A stretch of DNA of 64,000 nt. It comes from Curvularia clavata. Taxonomy: Eukaryota. A program made the position numbers and the translations under genes. Shown piece after piece: positions 26,062 through 37,347 of this stretch (positions are counted from its first letter, which is position 1; every line of letters starts with the position of its first letter). The notes under the pieces were generated by a model. That model was given only the letters and a program-made list of their open reading frames with translations, did not search any database and was not told the origin of the DNA. The stretch is from assembly GCA_023920165.1 (NCBI GenBank), contig CP089278.1, forward strand, positions 1,426,001-1,490,000. The letters run 5' to 3'.

Positions 26062-28061
26062 GCGTGATCGGCTAGGTGTACGGACGGAGGATATGACTTC
26101 ATAGCAAGATACGGCATACCCCTGCATGTCGGGTAATGGGTCTAGGATATTGCGATCATCCTAGTACATATCTCTTCACATGGAAGAAGTTGTCCGTTAG
26201 CAAGTTCAAGGTCCCCCGGGTATTGTTCGGCTGTTGGTCTTGATGTTCACATGTTTTTCTCATGAGTGGCATTGACCGCTACCGTGACTGGTATCGCCTA
26301 GCTCTGTGTCATAGGTCTGTATTTCTTCTCAGTATTCTGGTGATTAATCAACCATGTCGTCTCGCGATTGACCTGTTCAACGACGTGCTTTATCCAAAGT
26401 GCACAGAGAGAGATTGAGGGGAGATCATCCGAAAAGCACTGGATAAGCCGTGACGCAGAGTCGAGGCCTAGTAATGATGTCGCACTGGGTCAGCCAGAGC
26501 CAAATCTAGAGTATACAGAGATAGCAACTATGGCGCAATATCCCACTGCCACGCGCAGCAGAGACGCGCTCACTTGGTGGCAATGGTGCTGGAGAGCAGG
26601 GGCGCCTGGTAGGTAAATGTGTCGCCCGTTGCATATCCTTGCCGTGCGTATAGAATATACGGGAATGTGTGTGGGCGAGCCACGCTTGTCACATCTGCGC
26701 GGCAGTCGGAAGCAGTACCGGGACACGGCGAGAATTAATGTGGATCGTTTTCGGGCCTATGTCGTCTGAACATGGTCCAGACTCGAGACGAAGCGACGAT
26801 CTGTGTGATTGATAGGCCCCCAGTGTATACAATGACCTCTGCCATTCGTACCCTTTCAGGCCAGCCCACCGAGTCGAGAGAAGATTCGAAACCGGCGTTG
26901 GCTAGTGCCTGTCCACGGGTCTTGGCAGCCCTACTGTTTGAAACTTGTTGGCAGCTGCCTGAGCATCACGAGTGGCAATACATGTGCAGGATGTAGATAT
27001 GGTGCGTATCTTTGTGGTATGAGACGAACTGATGGGGCAGAATAGCCCTGACTCTGCGGCCCGAAAGGCGTTTGTCACGGACGCGGCCTGGCTGGGGTGG
27101 TGAGTAGGAGTGGGAGTAGGCAGTTTTGCTGCGAGCAGTAGCCAGCAGTGTAGACAGAGTTGGGTAACGTGCAAGCAGGGCAGGAACCAAAGTTGGCTAG
27201 GGCGAAATGTGGTATTGCCGATAAAGGGAAGAATAGCGATGGTGAGGAGAAGGTGCGGAAGATACCGGGAAGCTAGCACTAGTGGGGACGGGTGGGACTG
27301 GCAACGTGTTAGCAGGCAGCGGGAAGGAGATGCTCAGATAAGTCGAGTCATCCCCTGTGCAATCGATCGTGCAGGATTCCGTGGGCGAGTCATGGCTAGA
27401 GCAGCACGAAAGCGAGAGGCATGGGCGCCGTTTGTGGTAAGGCGGGCAGGTGAGGAGGATACGGCACTCAGTCGGTTGGCATCCGCGTTCCCCGCATCAA
27501 ACGGTGGCGCAACAAGGGATCCAGTGTTGCAGCACATGCCCCGAGCCGCATTGGTAGGGCAAAATGCTGTGTGGGTGGTTGTTGGCTTGACAGAAGAGAC
27601 GGAGGTCGAGGAGCTGTGGAAACGCTCAGCTGGTTTGTCGCGCAAACGGGCGCGGAGGGCGAGACGGCGAGACGACGCAGGCAACACGATTAATACGGAC
27701 AAAGAACGGTGCACGAGACGAGACGAGACGCGCGAGACGAGGCGAGGCGAGGCGAGAGGGTCGGTGGTGGTGGACGGGGCTGGGCTGGCGCCGCTGGCTG
27801 CGCTCAGGCCCACCTGCGAGGAGACGATGGTGGTTCAATTACCGACGGACCGGGCAGCAGCAGCACCATGGCATGCCATGCCATGGCATGGGCGGGCTGG
27901 ACGTGATAGAGTCCCTGCACTACCATTGAAAAGTTCGGCGCATTCGCATCTCGCACTGGCAGCGGCACTTTTTCGATGACTTCGCAGCGTCGTCGAGACA
28001 TGCACACCATGCTTCTTCTCCCTGCGTCGTGAATCTCGCCCGCACCCACCCGCCCACGCCC

Positions 28062-30347
28062 ATGTCCACCTCGACGTCGACACCCGCGCCGACCATCAAC
28101 TCGCGCCGTGTACCCCTCGACAAACGCAAGCGCACCGAGACGAGCTGCGACAAGTGCAAGTCGCGCAAGCAGAAATGCCGCAAAGAGCCGGGCCAGGATG
28201 CCTGTCGTTACTGCATGGTGCACAACATCGAGTGCCTGACGACGCAGCCACGCAAGAAGCGCCTCTACGGGAGCGTCGAAGGCCTGGGGACTCGTCTGGC
28301 GCTGCTCGAGGCCCTTGTCAAGGGACTGCTTCCAGAGGCTGACGTCTCGAGCACCGAATCGCTGCGCCAGCTCGCCACGTCGCATGGCATTCCGCTGCCC
28401 GACTCGGCCGTGATAGATGGCAGTGGTGAGCACGATGATGGCGGCGAGAGTGAAGGCGACGACACCGTGTCTCTGCTGCCGGACCAGCAGGGCCAGGTGC
28501 AGTACATCGGCCCGGGCAGCTCCTTCTCCTTCCATCTCAAGCTGCGCACTCTGGTCGGAAGGGGCCCTCTACGCGAGTTTGTTTTGTTTGGCAAGAACGC
28601 TGCTGGCTCCGCGTCGCCAGACGGAAGTGACCACCACCGCTCCTTCCCTCCCAACCCGCCCGGCCCTGGCGACACCGACCCCCACCACCACCACCACCAT
28701 CTCCATCATGGCTCCGCCTCTGCTTCCACCATGGTCGTGGCCGCCCCGGCCCCAAACCAACGCCCTACCCTCGAACTCCTCATCCGCACCTTCTTCGACC
28801 GCATCCACCCAGACATGCCCATTCTGCATGAACCTTCTTTCCGCGAGGCCTACGAGGCCTGGCTGGCTGATCCCCGCAACGCCGACCCTGCCTGGCTATG
28901 CTGTTTTACCTGCATGTTGCTGCTCGCTCGCCGCCCTGCCAGCGTCACCTTTCCCGAAGACCAGGAGCGCCTATGGTGGCAGCGCGTCCAAAAGCTGCTC
29001 CCGGGCGTCATCTTCACCTCGAGCATCACAGCCGTCCAGGCCCTGATGCTTGCTGCCATGCATCTTCACAACACCAACCACCGCGACGCCTGCTGGAATC
29101 TGACCGGCGCCGCTGTCCGCATAGCCCACGCCATTGGCCTGCATCAAGAAAATGTAAGCACACGAGGCACACCCCTCGCCAAAGAGCTGCGTAGAGTCAT
29201 CTGGTCTACCCTGTACGCGTTTGAAATCATGCAAGTGTCGTCCTATGACCGCCCAAGCGCAATCGAAACCTCGGCCGCCAAGCTTCGCTGTCCTAACGAA
29301 AAAATAATGGGCACCCCTCCGGGCTTCATGGCCTGCTCCATACGCCTATGGACCCTGCTAGGAGCCACATGTCGCGCTCCCAGGTGGCTCAAATCCAATG
29401 CTAGCGACGAGTCCTACGTTGGCCCCTTATCTCCTGCCTCTTCCGTACTGCGTGATATGGTTCGCTGGAAGGAGACGCTTCCCCAACATTTGCACCTAGA
29501 TGCCATCGATGCCATTCCACAAGTCTTCCACCGCAGTCTCCTGATGATGCACGGTCTCTATCACTACACCATCATCGTCTTATGTCGCTCAGCATTACTC
29601 GCTCGCGCTTCGACGCTAAGCAAAACCAACCAAGACTCTGCTAACGCAGCTCTTGTAGCAATGGCCGATGCCTGCTCTGAATCTGGTCGTGATTTGGCAA
29701 AGATACTGCTCAAGCTTGATAGCATCGGAAGGTTTGATGCAGTTGTTTTGTATGATGTCTGGTACATGCTCGCTTCAAGCTCAGTACTAGTCCTTGATCT
29801 TGTTTGTCTGAACAAACTAGAAGGTACAGACATGTCTGAATCCCGCATCCTACTATCCCAACTTGCCGATCTTGCCCAAAGACACCGCCGAAACCCATTT
29901 ATGCCTGGCACATTGGAAAAATTCGCCTCTCTCGTTCCCGAACTTCACTCCATGGCCGATTCGCTGGCTTCACCTGTCCGAATCGCCGAGCCAAAAGTAG
30001 AGACGCACGACCACCCACAGCACCCCACAATCTCAACTCAGCAGCTCTCACAACCCGACGCTGTGCCGCACATGTACCATCAATCTCCACCACCCGGAGC
30101 AGGCGCCTACATGTTTGCAGAAGACATGCAAAACCGCGTCTATCCCGAACAAACCTACATTGGCCCCGCCATGCATCCCAGCGGCCGCTTTGACCGCAAC
30201 ACCCAAATGCACTTTATGGACTTTACCATCAACAACATGAACGACTGGGGTTGGAACGATATGAGCAGTTTAATCGGCCCAGAGGGCGTCCCCAATATGC
30301 CCGGAGATCCCCACATGCATGGACCGCAGTCTACAGGGCCAAATTAA
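28062..30347 (+). CDS. Zn(II)2Cys6 transcription factor with fungal-specific middle homology domain
   Basis: SCDKCKSRKQKC-x7-CRYC-x6-C cluster; AVRIAHAIGLH and RRVIWSTLY...SYDRPS motifs; intronless ORF. Confidence 0.93.
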   Translation: MSTSTSTPAPTINSRRVPLDKRKRTETSCDKCKSRKQKCRKEPGQDACRYCMVHNIECLTTQPRKKRLYGSVEGLGTRLALLEALVKGLLPEADVSSTESLRQLATSHGIPLPDSAVIDGSGEHDDGGESEGDDTVSLLPDQQGQVQYIGPGSSFSFHLKLRTLVGRGPLREFVLFGKNAAGSASPDGSDHHRSFPPNPPGPGDTDPHHHHHHLHHGSASASTMVVAAPAPNQRPTLELLIRTFFDRIHPDMPILHEPSFREAYEAWLADPRNADPAWLCCFTCMLLLARRPASVTFPEDQERLWWQRVQKLLPGVIFTSSITAVQALMLAAMHLHNTNHRDACWNLTGAAVRIAHAIGLHQENVSTRGTPLAKELRRVIWSTLYAFEIMQVSSYDRPSAIETSAAKLRCPNEKIMGTPPGFMACSIRLWTLLGATCRAPRWLKSNASDESYVGPLSPASSVLRDMVRWKETLPQHLHLDAIDAIPQVFHRSLLMMHGLYHYTIIVLCRSALLARASTLSKTNQDSANAALVAMADACSESGRDLAKILLKLDSIGRFDAVVLYDVWYMLASSSVLVLDLVCLNKLEGTDMSESRILLSQLADLAQRHRRNPFMPGTLEKFASLVPELHSMADSLASPVRIAEPKVETHDHPQHPTISTQQLSQPDAVPHMYHQSPPPGAGAYMFAEDMQNRVYPEQTYIGPAMHPSGRFDRNTQMHFMDFTINNMNDWGWNDMSSLIGPEGVPNMPGDPHMHGPQSTGPN

Positions 30348-30823
30348 AAAGCATGGCTGGTTTGTAGGTCGGTTCTATGAAAAAGAGAGCACTTGTATAG
30401 CACATAAAAGATACCCCCTCCCCCTTTGGAATTGTGCTCCACACAAATACACATTTTTTTGAGTAGTTAAAATGGAAATATAATTGCAAGTTGCCAGACT
30501 TGCTTTTTGAAATTACTCTTGGTTTCTGGTTTTGCGAGTGAATACATGTACAGGTGACATGGCGCATCTTTTTTTTTCCAGGCGTTGGGGAGAGTATATT
30601 CTGATGAAAGTGAAACTCATAACTATAAATGATGAATAGGCTTACAGAATAAATGTGAAAATCTCGAGAACAAAAGCAGCTGCGTTATCAAAAAGATGTG
30701 TTTCCACAGGCAAGTGTAAGTACAAGACTACTGAATAGTCAGGCTGATTGAAATGTCGAGTGTGATAATGATAAGTTTTCGATAAATAATTTGTTTCAAA
30801 TTTATGTCATTCATCTATGCATA

Positions 30824-32678
30824 ACGTGTTCCACGGGCGAGCGCCGCACACGGGCGAGCGCCGCACCCCACCAACTTCATCTACCTCTATAAGCGTGTAG
30901 CTCCACCACATCTTAATATTTTTAATATATATCAAAAATACATATTAATTATTATCTAGAGTATCTTTCTTACATGTACGTGAATTGTGGCCAGTCTCTC
31001 TACACCTACTGCAGCGCGCAAGAGCCTGGCGGCTGACACCTGATCGCTCTCCTCCCTGACGCTCTTCATAAGCAATCTGCTCATCAGCCTCGCGTTGAGC
31101 AATTATATCCTCCCCAGCTCCTTTTGTAAGCACTCCTCGCTTCTGTATCCGCTTCTTTCTACGCTGTCTACGCTTTGTGGCTGCCTCATTAGTCTTTTCA
31201 AGGCTGGCGATTCGATCGCGCATTAGCTCAGCTGAGAGCATCATTATCTCTGCCCCCTTCTTAAGCTGGCTAATTGCTGCAATAATTGACGCTGGTGATG
31301 AGCTTTTATGCCGTCGAACGCGATCACTTATTAGCGTTGATTGAGCTTCAAGCTCGCGTAGATTGCCTAGCGTACAGGCCTGCCAGAGAGCTTCTGTAAG
31401 AGCAGCTGGAGGAGTAGGCGTACGTAGCTGTACATCAAGCTTTGATAGAACAGCTTCTGGCTGGAGAGGAACAAGGCCTGCGCCTCGAAAAGCTGAGCAG
31501 ATATTGGCTGATACGAATAATTGATCAAAGGCTGCCTTAAACGCTGGTAGAAACTCGAGCTTGGTGATATGGTTGATGTGGTTGCGTATCAGACTCTCCA
31601 CCTCACGACTATACGCGCGCTTTAATGGCGAGAAGCAGCCAACGTCAAGAGGCTGGAGTAAGTGAGACGAGTGAGGCGGCATACAGAGAGTGTAGATATT
31701 GTTCTCCTTGCAGAGCTCTTAGAACTCAAGTGACTGGTGGCTCTCATGGCCGTCAAGAATAAGCAGCCGGCGTGCCCCAACAACCTTGCCATCTGTATGC
31801 TTAATGAAGTGCTTTAGCCACTCAACTCCTAGCTCATTAGTCGTCCAGCCGTTATCGCTAACTGCGATCGCCCAGTCGCGTAGGATTTCTGCCTCCTCAT
31901 ACCAGGCAGATAGATGATATTTGCCAGTAAAGATTAGAAACGGTGGGATAGACCAGCCAGCTGCGTTGACCGCAGCGATAAACGTCACCCACTCGCGACC
32001 ACCTGGCTGGATAGCCTTTGGCCGGCTTCTTCTCTCTAACGCTGTAATAACAAGCTGAGTAGTAATCTTGCCCATCATAAAGCCAGCTTCATCAAAGTTG
32101 TAGACGTCCTCATCACAGATACTGTACTTGGCCTTCGTCTGCTCCACAAGCTCAAACCAGCTCTTGATTAAGACTGGATCTTCACATAGAGCTCTCTGCC
32201 TATCGTACGCTCGATTGAAACGCGTCGTAAGACTGTCTGTACGTTTGACAAAAGTAGACGGCCAGTTAACTCCAACGCGCCCTCCACTACGCGTAGCTAA
32301 TAGCTTATCAGCCATATCGCGCACGGCTGCGTATGTGGGCGCGAATCCACGCTGATCTAGATCAAGTATATGGCTAACAATCACCTCCTCTTCTAGCTGG
32401 GTCAGCTTTTTTGAGTTGGGTTGGCAATCGCGTCGTGCAGGGATACTAGCGCGTCGGCGGTGGATTGTTCGTTCAGACACGCTATAGATAGCAGCAGCTT
32501 GACGATTACTTAGGATTTGGTTGGAACTAATTGAAGAAATAGCAAGCTGAATATCTGATTCATTTGAAACTAAAATAGCAGCGCTACGTTGAGCCATTGT
32601 TCGTTGAGATAGAAGAGGTGTGTAAGTTTGGTGGGGTGCGGCGCTCGCCCGTGTGCGGCGCTCGCCCGTGGAACACGT
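30824..32678 (-). mobile_element. Fot1/Pot2-type (pogo, Tc1-mariner superfamily) DNA transposon, 1855 bp, 51-bp TIRs, TA target-site duplication
   Basis: Perfect inverted repeats ACGTGTTC(CACGGGCGAGCGCCGCA)x2CCCCACCAA at 30824-30874 and 32628-32678, flanked by TA at 30822-23 and 32679-80. Encloses a DDE-1 transposase. Confidence 0.97.
30945..32597 (-). pseudogene. DDE-1 transposase (HTH-psq, CENP-B HTH, DDE, C-terminal CCHC knuckle) interrupted by one in-frame TAA at 31719-31721
   Basis: The two ORFs are in the same frame (SLEF*ELCKENNIYTLCMPPHSSHLLQPLDVG). Motifs YNFDEAGF, LLILDGHESH, QPLDVG and CSRCRETGHNSRTC. Confidence 0.92.
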
Positions 32679-33304
32679 TAGATAACTAATTCTTTTTGTC
32701 AAGTTTTCTGTGGTGGATGGATTTGTCAATCCCGGCTGCCTCCACGCGACTAAATGTAGCACTGATAAAAACGACTTCATCAACATCTATCATTGTAGAC
32801 ACAGGAGAAGCGGACGGGGTCTCAAAGTTCTGCTAGCCTGCTGAAGATTCGTAATGCGATGATTCCGTCATGCTTTGAGAAGTCCACGCGTACCTCGACC
32901 AACAGAAACGACTGACTCGTTTCCCGAATTTTTAGTGTACAATCGCTTGTGCTTTCGCAACAGGACTACGTAAACCGCTCTCCTCCCCTGTTCCGAAAAG
33001 AAAAAAAGCTAGACCCTATTCTTTGTCTGCCCCATCAACCAAATGGCAAACACGTGCGTGTCCCTCTTCCTCGGCACACCTAATTCCCTGCATCCAGGCA
33101 CTCGGAATACCGTCATAGTGCGTACCTGTACGTACGCAACGGAGCTAAGATGCTCCGTCGAGTACAATTAGCCGCGCTTTGCGATAAGCGAGGAAATTTC
33201 AGGTTTGTCCGCTTATTAGTCAGGAACTTGTAAAACGGTGTCCCCGGGAATCAAGGACCACTTTGCGGACCTTGTTCTTTAAAGAGAGAGTGGAGACCGG
33301 CACT

Positions 33305-34110
33305 TCAGTCCTGCCGCAAATCGTCCAAACTGGGCTTTAGCTTCAGGGACCACTTCTTTGCAAGTGTGTCGCGGAAGGCGAGCTTAGCTTTGGTCACCCT
33401 TGTCTTTGTTTTGTCCTTGGCCTTGTCTTTGTCATTGCTTTCTAAGCACATGTTTTGCCTCTCAAGTGCGTGGAGCAAGTCCATACCCCTGCTTTCTAGA
33501 GCTTCGATACGCTCCATGGCTACTTTCAACGCGTTTTGAAGACCGGGTATCGTCTTGGTGGTTGTGCGGAGATGTCGTTGCAGGGTGACTTTCAACCGAA
33601 CATTGTGCGCACGTACTTGCTCTCGTGCCCGGTTGTCTTTTTTTAGTAAGGCATTCCTTCTTTTGACTTCGCTTAAGTCTTGTACCGCCTTCTTGTGCTC
33701 GATCGTGAGGGCTTCGAGCTGAGCCGAGAGCTGCGCTTGGGTTGATATGGCCTCTTCGTACTGTGCTCTAAACTCGGCGTTACCCTCCTCGATCTTTGAG
33801 ACAAGACGTAGCTGGCCTTCGGGGGCTTGATGAATATCATCGAGCTCCTGCTTTTGCTCTAGAATGTGTTAACGCTAGTTGTCTCGGTCTCGGCGCAGAC
33901 GGCTTGCCAGTGAATGTATCGAAGACAACTCTCTCAGAAGGCTTTGCTTTGGTCTGGGCAAAACTGGTGTGGTTTGGGGGCTAGCAAGGGGTGTATATTA
34001 CCTGATAGAGGGTTTCCCTCGTTCCTTGTATACACTTCAGTAAATATGTCGGATGAGGGGACATGGTCCTTCACCGAGGGTAGGTACGTTTTTGCTGTAG
34101 TCAGCGACAT
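33305..34110 (-). CDS. Hypothetical coiled-coil protein (2 exons, intron about 34001-33859)
   Basis: MSLTTAKTYLP...NPLS joins via GTAATA...GTTAAC...TAG to EQKQELDDIHQ...AQLEALTIEHKKAVQDL, continuing in frame into ORF 33305-33595. Heptad-like composition. Confidence 0.55.
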
Positions 34111-34517
34111 GGTCTCAGTGAGAGCAATAAGGGTGGTTTTTGGCGCTGGTGCTGGGCATACAGTCAAACCGACTTATCGTTTTTAAGTTGAGGATACGCA
34201 ACGACGCTATGGTAAGAGGAGCATGAAAGTGAGAGGTGAGTGTGAATGATGAGTCATCGCGAATCTAGTTCAGAATGATCCGGGAATGTTGATGAAGGTA
34301 AATGTGAAAGTGAAAGTGTTGTCATGTCTCATGTGCTGTAAAGCACAGGACGCAAACTCAATTCATGTAAGTAAACATAGCTCGACCAAGACCTAAAAAA
34401 GACACGCTGAGCCAAAAATCTGATATTGACTATGAGAAAGAGCAAGGAAGAATTACGATTTATCTGGGTATACAAGATTGGTAGCCAACATATGTTTCGT
34501 CAAAAAGCACGATTCGC

Positions 34518-35301
34518 TTATAGTGCCATTGCGACTGCCAGGGCACCAACAGCGCCGCCAACAACCTTCATGGCACCTGTGGGAAGAGACCCAGCAGGCG
34601 CAAGGCCTTTGCTTGCCGTGGTAGCGACCTCAGATCCAGACTTGGATGGCGCATTCGCGGCACTTCCTGTCGGGGTAGCAGTGGGTTTTGCTGAAGCTGA
34701 AGCAGGCGAAGACGCGCCGGATGCGGTTACCAGAGCTACAACCTGGAAGAGTTGCATATCCTGAATCTCACTTTGAGAAAGAACGCTTGTTGTTGCAGTC
34801 CGCACACTTTGGTCAGGGACGTAGCCGCTTTGAGTAACGTCACAGGTCATGTCGGCCTTTGTCATTTCACCCTTCCAACTGCACTTCATGTCGACGGTCC
34901 AGGCGCCAGGAACCGGGTCGGTGAGGTGGAACTCGTACGTCTCTGAACCTTGGGTAATCATGTAAGGCTCGCAAAAGCTGTAATCCTCGCCGTCGTCGAT
35001 TTGACGGCGCATACGAGGCTTGGGAGTGGGCGCTGGTGAAGCCGACGCATCGTCTGGGGTTGGGCCTAGTAGGCTTAGAAAAGTCACAATCATCGGAACT
35101 GAGATGCTACCTACGTAAGTTAGATGGTACTGCAGAGATACCAGCTGAGTTTGATGGACAAGCGTTCTGAAATGTGGTCGCTTTTGCGTCTGAGCCCACT
35201 ACAGTAAGAGTGCTGTCAAATTGGAAGAAATTAATGACTGTTGCAGACTCTTGCGCGAGAACAGCACCTGCAAACAAAGTAACGTAGTTGTAGAAACGCA
35301 T
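34518..35301 (-). CDS. Secreted, probably GPI-anchored Ser/Thr/Ala-rich cell-wall protein (one intron about 35115-35067)
   Basis: Signal peptide MRFYNYVTLFAGAVLAQ, a Cys-containing domain, an S/T/A linker and a hydrophobic C-terminus KVVGGAVGALAVAMAL. Confidence 0.82.
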
Positions 35302-36357
35302 GGTGATGAGCAAGCTAATGCGACGAGATAGTAGAGGAGGAATGTGAGTCTGGGGAGCGTGGGGATGGAAATATATACATGTCTAACGCCTGATTCATAG
35401 TTATAAAAAGAAGATTGTACTACCCCAAGAGCCACATCCTTTCCGATCTACGCCGAGTCACGATGTTGTTGTACCTTGCATTGGTGATGATGCATCAGCA
35501 AATAGAGTGGTTACATGTCACGCTAGCCATATGTGGTGCTTAATAATTCCAGGGGGTGGCGTGTCGCTTAGCAATGGCTGGCAAATCATGAGCAAGATGT
35601 TACAGGGATATCTGGTGAATTGCAGATTGGAAACAGTAGACCGTTCAATTTGTTATGCGAGAAGGTTGAGAATAGTGTACTTGGTTCATATGTACGGGCA
35701 TGGCTGGATTACCAATGGATCTATCCTCTAACTGCATCTCTGCAAAGTTGCTACAGAATCACTACCCGGAAATTGTTTTATTCAATACTTTGGTCAATCA
35801 GAAAAGACAAATAGTCACGAAACAGCAGTCTAGTTATACCCCCGACAACTTGTAGTTTCATTCCGATGATCGGGCCACGTCTCCGTGGCTTGCCGTAAAA
35901 AGGCTCTGCTAATTCTAAAAATACTTTGAGAATTTCTCTATGTTGCGAGTCCCAGAATCTATGCATACCGAACGTTCATGGTATAACAGTGCTAAATCTC
36001 TGTATTCAGCAGGTCATGCGATATTTCAGTTGCCGTTTCTGCTGTTGAAATGCTCAACACAGGCCATGCCGTCGTGCTGATTCACTGACTGCAATATATA
36101 AGGCTTTAGGCTACCCAGGCTCTTTTAGATTGCGCTGAGGTGTCCATCTTGCTGCAGACATGTCCTAAAAGAAACCTGCAAGACTGAGACCTCTTCCAGG
36201 CCAATAATAATCTCCGATAAGTTCAATGGCGAGATACGCCCAGCCGCTAGCCATGATCGTCCGCCCACAGTCTGTTCCCCCCGCCCCCACCAACAAAAAA
36301 ATACAAAAGAAAATTTTGGCTGTGACACAAGACATGAACCACCGCAAAAATGATGCT

Positions 36358-36452
36358 TTCCGACACCGGGAATCGAACCCGGGCCTTGCCGGCGCTGTAG
36401 CGAACTGACTCTCGATGAGAGCGGCAAATCCTAGCCACTAGACCATATCGGA
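36358..36452 (-). tRNA. tRNA-Glu(CTC) with 23-nt intron
   Basis: Acceptor stem TCCGATA...TGTCGGA-A, A box TGGTCTAGTGG, anticodon stem TGCCG/CGGCA with CT-CTC-A, B box GGTTCGATTCC. A T5 run lies a few nt downstream. Confidence 0.96.
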
Positions 36453-37347
36453 TGTTGTTGTTTGATGTAAAATCAGACGAAAAGTAGATTGATATCCTAG
36501 ATGCAAACCGACTTTGAAAACGGCATCAAGGATCCTCACTAACGAATCTCTGTTCAAACAAACGGGGCTAGAAGTGACTACGGCATATATCGCCTCGCTG
36601 CGAAAAGTCTGCCAGGTCCAAAGCAATCAATATCCGCTACTTGCATGAAACGTGAAAACCATATGTCAACACGAAAAATAATCTCCCAAACCCTTCCAAA
36701 AAGTTGCAAGGATAACTTCTGGAGGCGAATAAAGACTGAGATAGTTCTACGTCACGTTCGATTGGCCACACAAGAGAATGGGTCTCCCAGAAGTACTAAG
36801 TTTGTATGCAATCTCGTGTATTTGTCCTCTGGCACTGCTGAAGCAGCTATCAGAAGCAGGAAGCTGCAGCTTCAGATTATTTTGGCATAATAACGGCAGT
36901 CTCCTACACTGCCACAAGCCCTGAATTGGTATCTGCGTCGTCTTGTGGTCGCTTTAATTGGTATCGTTCTCAGTAAAAACACTGAGCAAACTACTCAGTC
37001 AAGCTGTTAAGACAATTGAATACGTGTTTAGAAGAAAGTGCATTTGCTGTTTTCTGTCAATTCTTAGTTAGATGTATATTTCCAAAATATAGAAGTTATG
37101 GTGGCGATCTAGATGCAATTACTATACAAGTATAGAGAAGTAAAGTACAGCGGCTTTTTCAGTTAAAATTACATTTTCCAGGAAGCGTTTAAATGCAGGA
37201 AAGAGAGGTATTATGCAATAGTATTATACATTGTAGTGCCAGATGACCAGGGGTCCCTAATCAAATTGGAATCGAACGTTCTGTATTTCCTCTAGCTCGA
37301 TAGCATCGCTCCGGTCCTTATTCGACGGCCGAGATGTATTTCTCTGA

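Noticed and set aside
27110..27979. 289-aa ORF upstream of the Zn2Cys6 gene
   Set aside because: GTG start, Arg/Ala-rich low-complexity translation of GC-rich promoter repeats, no domain.
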